NCBI GenBank assembly: GCA_000388065.2
Contig: KB932206.1
Strand: one strand, 5' to 3'
Length of the DNA: 41,194 bases
Source of the DNA: Fonticula alba ATCC 38817
Taxonomy: Eukaryota > Protista > Nucleariida
Shown one piece after another: positions 1 to 12,941 of the stretch. The notes beneath the pieces were generated by a model that had not been told where the DNA came from, did no database searches, and saw only the letters and a list, made by a program, of their open reading frames with translations. A program made the position numbers and the translations under genes. Positions within the stretch are counted from its first letter, which is position 1; each line of letters opens with the position of its first letter.

Positions 1-244
1 GGCGGCGGTCCGGCGCCCCCGCAGAGGCCGGATGAAACGCCCCCCGGGCTGTGTCCTGCCTCGGGGGCGCGAGCAGGCCGGCCCCTGGCCCCGCCGCCTG
101 GAGGCCATGTGCGTTGGCAGTGTGGTCCGCCGATGGCCGCGGCGCATTCGGCCGGGGATGGCCCGGCACCCGGTGTTCGGTGTGGGCCCGGGGAGGGGGG
201 GAGGGGGACAATGGCTGTGGCGTGTATTTGGGGCCCTGCCGGGG

Positions 245-1087
245 TCAATGGCCCGGGGGCGCGTCGTCCGTGTAGGCGATGCTCAGCGGCGAGGCCAGGC
301 CCGGGCCCCGGAGGTGGAGGCGCAGGCGCGTCCTGCCGGGCTGCAGGAGCCCGCACGGCAGGGCGCGGTGGCCGGCATCGAGCAGCAGCTCCGGCATGAA
401 GGTGGCCGCGGGGGTGGCCCGGCGCTCGAGCAGGGCCACACTGCCGTCCGGGAAGGCCGCGCGCAGGGCGGCCGGCAGGCGGTGCAGGGGCACCTCGGTG
501 CCGGCCAGCTCCACGCGCATGTGGACCATGGCCACCAGCGGCGGGTCCACGAGCAGCAGGGGCGACGCCTCCTCCGGGCAGGTGGGGATGTGCGCGCGAA
601 AGTCCTCGGCCAGGTGGACCACCCGCCGGGAGGCGTGGAGCACGTCGGCGCTTCGGGCCACAAACAGCCGGGAGTGGCACAGGAAAAACAGGCACCCCGG
701 CGGCGTGGCCGCGGCCCGGCGCCACTCGCACAGCGACTGGAAGACATCCCGCGGGAGCCGCAGCCCCGGGTGAAGGGGCGTCGGCGCCGGGGCAAACACC
801 GCGCCCAGGAAGACCATGCGCTCCGGGCCGCAGCGCACCGCCAGCATGTGCGGCTCCGGGCCCAGGTCCACCTGGCGGCTGAGGGTCCGGAAGGTGATGC
901 GCGTCAGCCGCGGGACCAGCAGCCCGGCCGGCCGGGCAACATTGTGCATGTCCATCTGCCTGGTGGGCACGAGGAAGGCCTCGTGCCGCTGCTCCGGCGA
1001 ATCCTCGCCGGGAACCGTGATCCGGTACTTCTGCCGGCAGCCGAGGCAAGCACAGGGTCAGAGGGGGGCCGTGGCGAGGGGTGCCGG

Positions 1088-1119
<32 letters not shown>

Positions 1120-4100
1120 TGTGTGGCGGCCTCCCGGGCACGGACCTGGTACGTTTGGAGTACCGAGGCCGGGCCGAGGGCCTGGTACAGCTGCCGCTCC
1201 AGCTGCTCCGGGTCCAGCGGCGGCAGGCGGCGCTCCTCATCCATCGACAGGAAGCAGGTGGCCATGGCGATTTCCGGCGGCCAGGCGTACTTCAGGCGCA
1301 TGGGGCCCGGCAGCTGGCGGTGGAGATCCTGGCCCAGGAGCAGGTGGTGCGGGGGCAGCTCCGGCGAGGGATCGGTGGCCGGCCTGCGCCGGGCCATTGG
1401 ACGAGTGTCAGAATGCATGGCCAGCTGGGGGGGAGGGGGGGGGGGGGGCCTGACCAGGGTGGCCCGCGCCCCCGGGCGGCACCGGCGGCCACTGGGCCAC
1501 GTACAGCATGTGGAGCCCCTGGTCCAGGAAGAGGCCCGGGCCGTCGTCGAGGCAGTGACGCCGCAGCAGGCGCAGCGTCTCCTCCGGGGCCTGGATCCCG
1601 CTGTGATCCAGGTGCATGGGGCTGATGGCGTCGGCCACCGGCAGGCGAATGGCCGGGCCCAGGAGCGGCAGCTGCAGCAGGACCGTCGGCGGCACGCCCA
1701 GCAGGCGGAGCCCCCCGCCCGGCGCGCTGAGGTGCACGAAGCCCGGCCACCGGCGCATGGACAGCATGCCGGCCATGACCGGCTCCATGTGGGGGTCCAG
1801 TAGCTGAGCCACCCGGGCGTGCGCCGTGCCCCTGGGCAGCGGCAGGTCGAAGGTCTGCGGCACACATGCGGGGGGGGGGGGGGGGGGGGGGGGNNNNNNN
1901 NNNNNNNNNNNNNNNNNNNNNNNNNNNNNNNNNNNNNNNNNNNNNNNNNNNNNNNNNNNNNNNNNNNNNNNNNNNNNNNNNNNNNNNNNNNNNNNNNNNN
2001 NNNNNNNNNNNNNNNNNNNNNNNNNNNNNNNNNNNNNNNNNNNNNNNNNNNNNNNNNNNNNNNNNNNNNNNNNNNNNNNNNNNNNNNNNNNNNNNNNNNN
2101 NNNNNNNNNNNNNNNNNNNNNNNNNNNNNNNNNNNNNNNNNNNNNNNNNNNNNNNNNNNNNNNNNNNNNNNNNNNNNNNNNNNNNNNNNNNNNNNNNNNN
2201 NNNNNNNNNNNNNNNNNNNNNNNNNNNNNNNNNNNNNNNNNNNNNNNNNNNNNNNNNNNNNNNNNNNNNNNNNNNNNNNNNNNNNNNNNNNNNNNNNNNN
2301 NNNNNNNNNNNNNNNNNNNNNNNNNNNNNNNNNNNNNNNNNNNNNNNNNNNNNNNNNNNNNNNNNNNNNNNNNNNNNNNNNNNNNNNNNNNNNNNNNNNN
2401 NNNNNNNNNNNNNNNNNNNNNNNNNNNNNNNNNNNNNNNNNNNNNNNNNNNNNNNNNNNNNNNNNNNNNNNNNNNNNNNNNNNNNNNNNNNNNNNNNNNN
2501 NNNNNNNNNNNNNNNNNNNNNNNNNNNNNNNNNNNNNNNNNNNNNNNNNNNNNNNNNNNNNNNNNNNNNNNGGGGGGGCCGTGCAGCCGGGCACACGGGC
2601 ATCCACCACCGACAGGGTACCTGGCCCACGGACAGCATGGTGTCGTCCATGATTTGCAGCACGGCCTCCATGGCCGAGGAGTATTTGATGGGGGCGCCGG
2701 GGCCCGAGCCCGGGCCCACCGACAGGTGGATCTCGACGCGGGCGGCATGCGGCGGCAGCATGCTGGCCCCGGCCCAGTGGAGGCTGCGCCCGGCAAAGAG
2801 CCGGCCAAAGTCCCACGCGCTCAGGGTAAGTTGCTGGTGCGAGGGGGCCGCCCGGGGGTCGGGGTCGGGCCTGGCCGGCCGGTGGGCATCGGGCGGGTGA
2901 GTACCGTGCGGGTGGCGGCGCGGGGCCCGGAGGCGGGTGGTACGCACTCGAGCAGCAGCGCATGGCCGCCGGACGACCGGAGAAAGGCCTCCTCGGCTTC
3001 GGGCAGCCATTCCCGGAGCTCCCGATAGGCCAGCGGGTTGACGGTGGCGCGGCCGGGGGGGAACCGGGCCAGCTGGCTGGCCCGTGCCTCCAAACTCAAA
3101 AGGGCCTGGTGCTCGGCATGGCCGCCGGGCGGCGGACTAAGCAGCAGCCACTGCCGGCGCGCGGGCCCCGCCGCCCCAGGCGCCAGGACATGCAGGCAGC
3201 CCGCCGCGGCGGAGTGCTTTTCCGGCAGCAGCCCCACCGGCCGGTCCACCTCCGGCGCGTCCGCCCAGCCGATACCGTGAATGCCGGCGAGCAGCCTGTG
3301 CCCCTGCCACTCGAAGGGCAGGTCCTGCGGCGGGGAGGAGGGTGAGCTACGTCAGGAGGCCCGGTTACAGGCACATACACACAGGCATGCCCATGTGAGC
3401 AGGCGTGGCCGGATGTGCGCGTGCGTGCGTGCGGATGTGCGTGCAGGGAGCGATTGCTGGGCGCTTGTTGGCCGCTGCGCGCACCCGGTCCAGGCGCATG
3501 GTGGCCCCGGCGTGGGCGGCCAGGAAGGCCTGCTTGAGCGTCTCGTCGCAGGGCAGGCCCCGCGCGGCGGCCGGGTCGCCGGCAAAGCGGATGTCCACGC
3601 GCGCGGCCACCGGTATCCCGGGTAGGGGGGCCAGGTGCAGGGTGTCCATGTGGACCGGGCCCAGGGCTGCCAAATCCCGCGGGTGCATGGCCATGGTGAA
3701 GCGGGGGACCCGGTCGCTCGGGCTTCCGGGGGGCGGGGGCTCGGGTCAGCGGGCAGCGGGGGGGGGGGGGGGGGGCAGATTCGTCAGCGCGAAAAGCCCG
3801 GCCCAAGGCCCGGGCGGCGGGGCGCGGCACATACCGCACGTCAAACAGCGCCCCCTGGGCGAGGAATCGCGCGGCACCCCGGCGCAGGTCGTCCGGGCCG
3901 GCGATCCGCCGGAAGGCGGCCGGCGAGACCAGAAGGGTGCCCTCGGCACTGTCCGGGGCCCCGGGCGCCAGGTCCAGCAGCACCGCCTCGGGCCGGCCGG
4001 GATCCGGCCGCAGGGAGGCCACCAGGGGCCGGTCGTCGGGCCTGTCCCGCGGCGAGCGCACATGAATGACGGTCGGCTCGGGCCCGTGGCCGGTGGCCAT

Positions 4101-4614
4101 GCCGGCCGAGACCTCGCGGAAGTCCCGGTCCATGAGCCGCGACACGCGGAATCGACCGCGGGGCCTTGCCAGGCGGATGATCTACCAGGGCGCAGGGTGG
4201 CCAGTCAGACGGGGGTCGGCGGCGGGGTAGCGGGCGCGGGGGGGGGNNNNNNNNNNNNNNNNNNNNNNNNNNNNNNNNNNNNNNNNNNNNNNNNNNNNNN
4301 NNNNNNNNNNNNNNNNNNNNNNNNNNNNNNNNNNNNNNNNNNNNNNNNNNNNNNNNNNNNNNNNNNNNNNNNNNNNNNNNNNNNNNNNNNNNNNNNNNNN
4401 NNNNNNNNNNNNNNNNNNNNNNNNNNNNNNNNNNNNNNNNNNNNNNNNNNNNNNNNNNNNNNNNNNNNNNNNNNNNNNNNNNNNNNNNNNNNNNNNNNNN
4501 NNNNNNNNNNNNNNNNNNNNNNNNNNNNNNNNNNNNNNNNNNNNNNNNNNNNNNNNNNNNNNNNNNNNNNNNNNNNNNNNNNNNNNNNNNNNNNNNNNNN
4601 NNNNNNNNNNNNNN

Positions 4615-4684
<70 letters not shown>

Positions 4685-5134
4685 AGAAAGGACGGGCGGG
4701 CAAGAGGCGGCATACATCGCCCCGGCGCAGCGGGGCCCCGGCCAGCATGGCCAGCATGCCGGGCCGGTCAAGCCCATCGTCGGCCAGGTCACTGTCGAGG
4801 CAGACAACGGCCAGGTCCCGGGGCGCGTCGCCGGGGCCCAGCAGCAGGGGCTGTCCCCGGGTGTTGAGCGACAAAAGCAGGCGCTCGCCGGCTCGGAGGG
4901 CGGTCCCCGGCAGGACCGGCCGCGTGCAGATGCTGGGCATCCACGCGTACATGTACGTGCACATATGTAGATGCACATATGTAGATGCACATATGTAGAT
5001 GCACATATGTACGTGAAAATGCATATGTACACGTAGATGCAGGCGCAGACGCAGACGCAGGCATACATGCACATGCACATGTACACAAACACACACATGT
5101 ACACAAATACACACATGTACACAAATACACACAT

Positions 5135-5206
<72 letters not shown>

Positions 5207-6255
5207 GTTCAAGGTCAAAATGACAGCGAGATGCAGTCCGATCAGCGCACCGGATCTGGAGTGTCCGGCCATCGTGCGCCGCATAGAAGCTGCCGTTCGG
5301 GTGCCGGGCCCACCCGGCGCACAGGGCCCGGGCCACCGGGCCGTCGGCCGGCGCCAGCAGCACATCGAGGCTGGTGGCCGGAAGGTGGACCATGTCCACC
5401 GGGTAGAGCTGCCCCAGCGGCAGGGCCACCCCATGGGAGGGGGCCCCCGGCGGGGTGACCCCCACGACCACCGGGCCGCCGTGCAGGCGCACGCGCCCGC
5501 CCGGCTTGGCGACCAGGACCACCTGGGTGTCGGCCGAAAGGAGCCCATGGCCGACGGCGCCCGCCGGCGCACGGAGCTCCACCACCTCCAGCGCCAGCTC
5601 CACACCGCCGGCCACCAGGCAAAGGGTCTACGCCGGGTCAGAGCCATGCTGCAGAGCCCCGCAAGGGGGGCGAGCCAGGCACAGGCGGCCAAGGGGAATG
5701 GGCTTGCCGCGTACCTGGGCCATGCGCATGAGCTGTGCCCCGGGCGCGGCAAGGGCCGCGGCGGCCGCGGCCTCCAGCGCCGCGAAGGGGACCCGGGGCG
5801 GCTGCCCCGCGGCCGGGCAGCCTGGCCGCGCGGCCGACACGCAAAGGCCGATGGCCTGCAGCTTGGCCGGCAGGACGCGCCGCGCCTCGAGCAGGCCCTT
5901 GTTGCTCGGGAGGCCGGCCGCCTCCTCGGGAAGAAGGCACCCGCCCGCGGCCCGGGGGTCGGGCCTGGCACCGCACCACCGCGTGAGTCAGGGCCAACAA
6001 GCGCAAAGGGCCGGGCCCTGGGGTCTGAGCAGAGGGCACGCACCGCGCTTCCAGGAGCAGGTGCCCAAGTGCGATGCACAGCGGCCGCCCGGCGGCCAGC
6101 TTGGCGAAGACATCCGGCCCGAGCAGCAGCTCGCCCGGGTGCGGGGCGGCGCCGCCGCCGCCGCCGCCCGGCCACACGGGCAGCTCGGTGCCGTCGTCGA
6201 GGCGGAGCACTCGCAGGGACCGGCCGGCGGCACCGCCGGGCGTCATCTCGGTCAT
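245..6255 (-). CDS. Multi-exon protein (paralogue A) built from repeated CDC48/p97/PEX6 N-domain-like modules; no ATPase domain seen
   Basis: Exons stitched by eye: ATG 6255 MTEMTPGG..GELLLGPDVFAKL..; PDPRAAGG..RRVLPAKLQAIGLCV..; GGVELALEVVEL..HGLLSADTQVVL; DLAVVCLDSD..LAGAPLRRGDV; EGTLLVSPAAFRRI; MAMHPRDLAALGPVHMDTLHLAPLPGIPVAARVDIRF; last exon ends at TGA 245-247. Segments are colinear with paralogue B. Two N-gaps (1894-2571, 4247-4614) interrupt it. Confidence 0.7.
4944..5201. repeat. Intronic compound repeat: short ATGTAGATGCACAT-type units grading into a (CA)n microsatellite
   Basis: Visible directly; lies inside an intron of paralogue A. Confidence 0.9.
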
Positions 6256-8495
6256 GGCGCGGGGAGGGGGGCGGGGGACGGCACGGAGCGGAGGGGAAGC
6301 AGGGCCGTGCAGGGGACCGTGGTCTCTGACGGACGCGATGGGACCCCGGCCGGGCGCGCCCCTCGCGGCCGCCGGCCGAAATACGGCCGACGCCGGCCGT
6401 GGCGGGGGACCGCCGTCGGGTGCGGCCGTGGCGGGGGGGGGGGGGGGGGCGGCCCCCGCCGCAACAAAAGCCGACCACCGGCCCAGGGCCCCCCGCCCAT
6501 TCCCCGGGCCGCGGTCGGGGGGGGCGGCCGGCCCGGCGATGCGGTGGCATCTGGTGGCGGGGGCTTGTTTTGTTTTTGTCCATCCCCCCTGCTGGTCCGC
6601 GGCCCGGCGCACGGCCGGGGACCGCCCCCCGCATCGGGGGCCGGCGAGGGGCCCTGGCACAGGTGGTGCCAACAGCAGCCGTGGCCCGGGTCGCTGCGTT
6701 GGCCGGGCCGCGCCCGGGCCACCGGCGCGCCGAACGCCCCGGCTGCGAGGGGGACACCCTGCGGAAGAGGCCAAGACAGAGAGGCGGGTGGCCGGGCGGC
6801 GGGCCCCGCTGGCCGCCGGGCCAGCGCGCGCCGGAGGGCCGGGGGCATACAACGGCCGTGTGCACTCCGGCCCGACCCCGGCGGCCAGCACCGCGCCCTC
6901 GAGCAGGGCAGCAAGGGCGGCCGCCCGGGCCGGCCACCGGGCCGCCCCGTGGCACAGTTTCCCCGGCCCGCCAGACGTACCGCCCGGACATGGGCGCGGC
7001 CGCCAGCACGCCGGGCACCGATCGAGCCAACAGGGGCCCCTGCCGGGCGCCCGGTCCGGGAGGAAGCGGCGGCGGCCCGACGAGCGCGGCCAGCAGCCGA
7101 GTTTGATTTGTTCGGCGGGCCTTTGCCCCGGACATATACATATGCACACATGCTGGGGCACCGAGCAGCCAGCATCCGTCAGCTGGGAAGGGCGAGACGG
7201 GGAGCAGTGCTCGACACGCCTGCATCGGCGAGCCGGGTGGGGGCAGGGAGTCCTGGCTGCCAGGCCGTCGGCGCGCAGGCCGCCGGGCTGCCGGCCTCAC
7301 GCCATGACGGAGACCCGGCTGTGAGGGGCGCCCCTCGCAGTCGGTCGAGGAGGCCAGCCCTCCAGAGCGAGGGGCGCATGGTGATCGGCGGCGGCCGGCA
7401 GCAGGCTCGGCCGGGCCCCGTCGGCTCGGCGCAAATGGGCTCGCCTCCGTCGCAGGCGCAGGTCCACCACGCCCGGCGAGTCCGTGCGCCAGCGCCGATA
7501 ACGCACCTCGGCCGCGCGGAAAAGGTGCCCACCTCCGGCAGGAGCACCGTCCGTCGCAGCCCGGGAGCCACTCGCCAGGAGGAGCCGGGCCCCCGCCGGG
7601 GAAGGCACGCCCCCGGAGGGGGGCGATGCCGGCGGGCCCGGGTGAGCGCGGTGGCCTCGGGTCCGCCTCCCCGCCCCTCCCCTTGCCGGGTGCCCGCTGC
7701 CCGGCTGGACCCATATGGTCGAGGTGGCATCGGCCGGTGAAACGCGCAAGCCGCCGCCGGGGCGGGAGCCCCCTTGGATGCCGGGACATCGCGCGTCCAG
7801 GACGGGGAGCATGCCCGGTCCGGCGCCGGGGAGCGGCTGATTGTCGCACGCGACTATGTGGCGCGCGCGCGGCGGCGGGCGGGCCTCGCTTTGCCCGGCT
7901 GGCGAGATCGCGCGGAGGAATGCGCCCCGCGCCGCGAAGTGCACGTGGTCTGCAGCGTTGTTGTAACGAGCCCTGCCCGAAACCCCCGCGTCCGTGCACG
8001 TGACCCATCTGAGGGCCGCACTTTGCCCACGCGGATGCCGGGGTATCAACTTGGTACAAATGGTCCGACTGTGTAAGCATCATGTAAAGGGCGAGGCACT
8101 TTCGGAGGAACCTCGACTTAATACAATTCTTTGTTCTCCTCAATCACGCCTTTTGCCGAACCCTTTCAGTTGTCCGGCGCAGGGCGGGCCATCCTGCCGG
8201 GCGGTTCTGGTCGAGCGCGCGGATGTCAAAAATGCGGGCACCCGGAGGATGAAACGCGCGGGGCCGCACGAACCAGGGTCCGTGGGCATGTGCAGCCGTG
8301 CCGGCGCGCGCGTCCCGGCATGCGTCCCCCCCTTCCCGCCTGGCACATGCACGCGCGGGCAAAGGCGCCGGCATGCTGCCATCGGCGCACAGTGTGTGCG
8401 ACACACACACACACACACACATACACACACGCGCGCGCGCGCGCGACCGGACATGGGGGCTCGACACAGACACGCAGCACCGGCGGGGGGATGTA

Positions 8496-11400
8496 TTAGG
8501 GTGCTGGCTGGTGGGGGCCCGGGCCCGGGGGCGGCCCCGCGCCATCGGCCAGGGCCGGCGCCCGGGGCGCCCCCATGCGGCGGAGATGGACCTCGGTCTT
8601 GCCGGGCTCGAAGAGCCCGCACGGGGTGGCCCGGCCGTCGGCGTCGAGCAGCAGCTCCGGCATGAGGATGGCCTCGGCGCCGGGGATGGGCCGGCGCTCC
8701 AGGAGGGCCATGCTGCCGCCGGGGAAGGCCGCCTGCAGGGCCGCCGGCAGGTCCAGCAGGCCGAGGCCCGGGCCTGCGGGCGGGGGCCCGGCGCCGAGGC
8801 CCGGCATGAGCCGCATGTGCACCGCGCTCAGGCGGAGGTCCACCTGATGGGCATGCGGCATGGACAGGACGGGCCTCTCCCGGGGGTAGAGGTGGTCGCG
8901 GAAGTCCCCGGTCAGGCGCACCACCCCGGGGGCGGTGTGGGTATCGGCGCGCCGGGCCACGAAGCCCCGGCCGGCGCACTCGAAGAAGAGGTGATCCCGC
9001 GTGTGGCCGGCCGGGCCGAGGGCCTCGCACAGCGAGCGGAAGGCCCCGCGCGGCAGCGACAGCCCCGGGTACAGGAGCGTCGGGCCCGGGACAAACTCCA
9101 CCCGCAGCGAGAGCATCAGCGGCCCGGACCGGAGGACCAGCGAGTATGCCCGCGGCAGGGGGGCCGACATGCTGTCCAGCGTCTGGAAGGAGGCCTGCGT
9201 CAGGCCGGGCACCCAAAACCCGGCACGGACATCGCGCCTGATGTCGGCCGCCAGCTGCCGGGTGAGAGTGAAGTTCAGCTGGCACGAGGGGCCCAGCATG
9301 GTGGAGTGGGTCTGCCAGCCGGCATGCGTGCGTGTCAGAGGCTGCAGGCACACTCGCTCGTGTGTGTGTGGGTGTGGGTGTGGGCGTGGGCGCGCGTGTG
9401 GGCGTGGGCGTGGGCGCGCGTGTGGGCGTGGGCGTGGGCGCGCGTGTGGGCGTGTCTGTGCACGGGCGCATGGTCGTGTCGAAGGTGTGGCAAAGGGGCA
9501 GCAAAGAGATGGCAAGGCCTACCGTGTATGCTTGGGTCAGCCAGGACCGGGGGAGGGCCCGGAGGAGCAGGTGTTCCAGCTGCCGGGGGTCCAGGTCCGG
9601 CAGCGGTCCCGGCGGGCTCGTGGACACCTTGTACTCAAGGGTGAGCAGCTTGCACGGCCGGGTGTATACCAGGGCAGGCGCCTGCTCGGCCCCCCGGGAC
9701 AGGCCCTTGCCGATGATGATGTGGTTGCGCCGGAGGGCCGCATGGCCGCGGTCGGCGCCGCGCGGGCTGCACCAGCAGGCGGGCCCCGCGGGCGGAGGGG
9801 GGCGGGGGCGGNNNNNNNNNNNNNNNNNNNNNNNNNNNNNNNNNNNNNNNNNNNNNNNNNNNNNNNNNNNNNNNNNNNNNNNNNNNNNNNNNNNNNNNNN
9901 NNNNNNNNNNNNNNNNNNNNNNNNNNNNNNNNNNNNNNNNNNNNNNNNNNNNNNNNNNNNNNNNNNNNNNNNNNNNNNNNNNNNNNNNNNNNNNNNNNNN
10001 NNNNNNNNNNNGGGGGGGGGGGGGGCAGTCAGCAGGACGAGGGCGGGGCGCGAGCGTGCCGACATGCGGAGCGGCAAGGGGCCGCGCCGCGGGACGCACC
10101 TGGCCGACGGTGAGCACCGACCCGAGGAAGCGACGGAAGAAGGCCTCCTCCAGCAGGGCGTGCGATATGTCGTGGACCGGCTGCTGCTGCCGCTGCTGCT
10201 GCTGCTGCTCCGGCCCCGGGAAGAGGTGGACCTCGACCAGGTCCAGCACCGGCGGCGTGCTAGTGGCCACGGCCCAGCGAAGGACCGGCCCGGGGAAGAG
10301 CCGCTCGAGGTCCTCGCCACTGAGGATGACGTGGCCATCGGGCACCGGCGAGCGGGGACTCGGGTCGGGGCTGTGTGGGAAGGTGTGAGAGAGAGAGACG
10401 GAGAGAGCGAGAGCGAGCGGGGGGGGAAAAGGACAAGGGGAGGAGGGAAACACACTAAACCAAGAGAAGGTGGCCGCCGGACTGGAGGAAAACTTCCGAC
10501 CCGCCGGGCAGCTGGTCACGCAGCAGTCGATAGTCGTCGGGGGTGACGGCCGCCCGGCCGGGTGTGAAGCCGGCCAGTGGGCTGGCGCTGGCCTGCAGAC
10601 ACAGCGGCCCGGCGCCCCGGAGAGGCTGGCCCACCAGCAGCCAGTTGGGTGCGGGGGAGGGCGCCAGCGCGCGCGGGCCGGCCGACGCCGGGCAGGGGGG
10701 GCCCGCCATCGGCGGCACCATGTGGCCGGCCACCACGTCCAGGGCCGCGGGAGGGTCGCTCGGCAGGCGGCCCACCGGACGGCCGACCGTGGGCGCCTCG
10801 GCCCAGGTGACCCGGTGGACCCGGGCAAGCAGCCGGGCGCCGTGGGATTCGAGCGGCAACGCCTGCGTCGGGGGGTCAGTGGGGCAGCCGGGCCGGCAAG
10901 GCAGCAAGCATGCGGGACCGCCAGGGCCCCGCGTGGGGAGGACGCACCCGGTCCAGGCGCAGGGTGGCCCCGCCATGTGCGGCCAGGAGGTCGCGCCGGA
11001 GCCGGTCCGGGCACAGGCCCTGCCGCAGGGGCTGCCCGGCCGCCGGGGCGAAGGACACCTGGGCCGAGGCCGCGAGCGGCAGGCCCGGGGCCGGGCGCAG
11101 CCGCGCCGGCGAGGGGCCAGGCACCCCGAGCCCCGGGCCATCGAGCGGGTGAACGGCCACGGCGAAGGGTCCTACGCGGTGGCTCGGGCTTCGGGGCGAG
11201 GGGCATCAGCCGTGGGCCGACAGGCAGGGCAGGGGAGCTCGCACCCCGAAGGGGGGGGGGGGGGGGCACACGCGGCAGGGCACGACGCACCGGACATCGA
11301 ACAGCGCGCCGTTGACATGGAAAAGGGCCGCGCCCTGGGCCAGGTCCTCCGGGCTGGCCACCCGCCGGAAGGCGGCGGGCGAGACGAACAGCGTCCCTTC

Positions 11401-12941
11401 GGGGCCGGTCACGGCCCCCGGGACCGGGGTCAGCAGGACCAGCTCCGACGCGTCGGGGCTCCGGCACAGGGCCACCAGCTGGTGCGCCTCGCCGGCACCC
11501 CCGCGCGGGCTTTCCACATAGAGGGCGGTGGGGGAGGCGTCCTGTCGCGCCAGGCCGACGGGGACCTCCCTGTAGTGGCGGTCCATCAGACGGATGACCC
11601 GGATCGAGTGCCCGGCCGCCGGGAAGCGGACAACCTTCCCCCGGTGCGGCCGGGCGTTAGGCGGCGCGGGTGTCAGACGCGGGCGGGATGGGGCGGGGCG
11701 GGACAAGCAAAACCGGCAGGGCAGGCGGACACACGTCGCCCACGCGCAGCGGCACGCCGGCCAGCTGGGACAGCATCTGGGCATGGTCGAGCTGGCCGGC
11801 CTCGACATCGGCGGCCAGCCAGGCGACGGCCAAGTCCGGCGGGGCCGCGCACGGGGTGAGCACCAGCGGGCGCCCCTGCAGCAGGACCGCCAGCGGGGCC
11901 AGCAGCTGGAGGCTGGCGCGCAGGCCGGCCCCGGGCCCCGGGCACACCCTGGAGTCGGCACGTCAGCACACCACGACGCAGGGGCGGCAGAGCCAAGGCA
12001 ACAAACACCAGAGCCCGCGCGTACCGGATCTCGAAGAGGCGGTCCTCGTGCGCCGCGTAGAAGGACCGGCCCGGGGGGGTGGGCTGGCAGGCGGCCAGCG
12101 CCCGGGCCGCCGGGCCGCCGGCCGGCGCGATCAGCACATTCAGCTCGGTGTCCAGGGTGTAGATGGCGTCCACCGGGTGGTACATGCCGGGGCCGGGGTG
12201 GTCGGTTGCGCCCGCGGGCGCCAGGGCCACCACCACCGGCGCGTGCATCAGGGCCGGCCGTGTCGCCGGGCAGGCGACCAGGATGACATCGGTGTCGGGC
12301 CCGGGGGTGCCGGCGGCCGCGGTGCCGGCGGCCGTGCGAAGCTCAACCACCTCCAGCTCGAGGCCGTCGGCCTCCAGGCGGAGGATCTGCCCCGAGGGTC
12401 AGGCGGGGCTCAGGCAGTCGGGCGAAGGCCGGGGCCTGAGTGCGTGCGTGTGGGCGTGTGCGTGTGTGCGAGCGTGTGGGCGTGCGTGCGTGTGGGCGGG
12501 CGAGCGGGCGAGCGGGCGCACTTGGGCCAGGCGCAGGTGGCCATGCGTGGCGATGGCCGCGCGGGCCGCGATCTCGAGCGTGGAGAAGAGGACGCCCGGG
12601 TTGTGGCCGACAGGGGCGCCGCCCGGCCGGGCCGGCCGCACGGCCAGCCCGATGGCCTCGAGCTCGGTCGGCCGGGCGCACCGCGTCACGGCCGTGTGCC
12701 CGGCCTCGGGCTCGTATGCCGCCAGGGCGGGGGAGCCGGCTCCGGCATGTGGGTCGGGCCTGGGCTCGGGTCAGCAAAGCACCGGGGCCCGATGTGTCGG
12801 CCGGCCGCGGGGGCCGGGCGGAAGGCGGCCCGAGGCCGGGTGCGCGCACCTCGATGTGGGGACCGGAGCGTCGCCGGGGGCGTCTGGCCGGCCGCAAGAG
12901 GCGCCGATCGCCCCGGTGCTCTGGTCCACGGGAGAGTCCAT
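8496..12941 (-). CDS. Multi-exon protein (paralogue B), tandem paralogue of 245-6255
   Basis: Segment-by-segment similarity to paralogue A: SFYAAHEDRLFEIR vs SFYAAHDGRTLQIR; EGTLFVSPAAFRRV vs EGTLLVSPAAFRRI; LLAAHGGATLRLDRV vs FLAAHAGATMRLDRV; LPAALQAAFPGGSMALLERR..MPELLLDA vs LPAALRAAFPDGSVALLERR..MPELLLDA. Stop TAA at 8496-8498. The ATG at 12941 is tentative. Confidence 0.7.

Noticed and set aside
1870-4683. Long poly-G tracts (24 G at 1870-1893, about 69 G at 4615-4683) beside N-gaps as G-quadruplex elements
   Set aside because: They sit at contig ends where homopolymer length is unreliable; the true length cannot be judged
8140-8160. CGCCTTTTGC resembling U5 snRNA loop 1
   Set aside because: Mismatch in the invariant GCCTTTTAC loop, and no flanking stem or Sm site is evident
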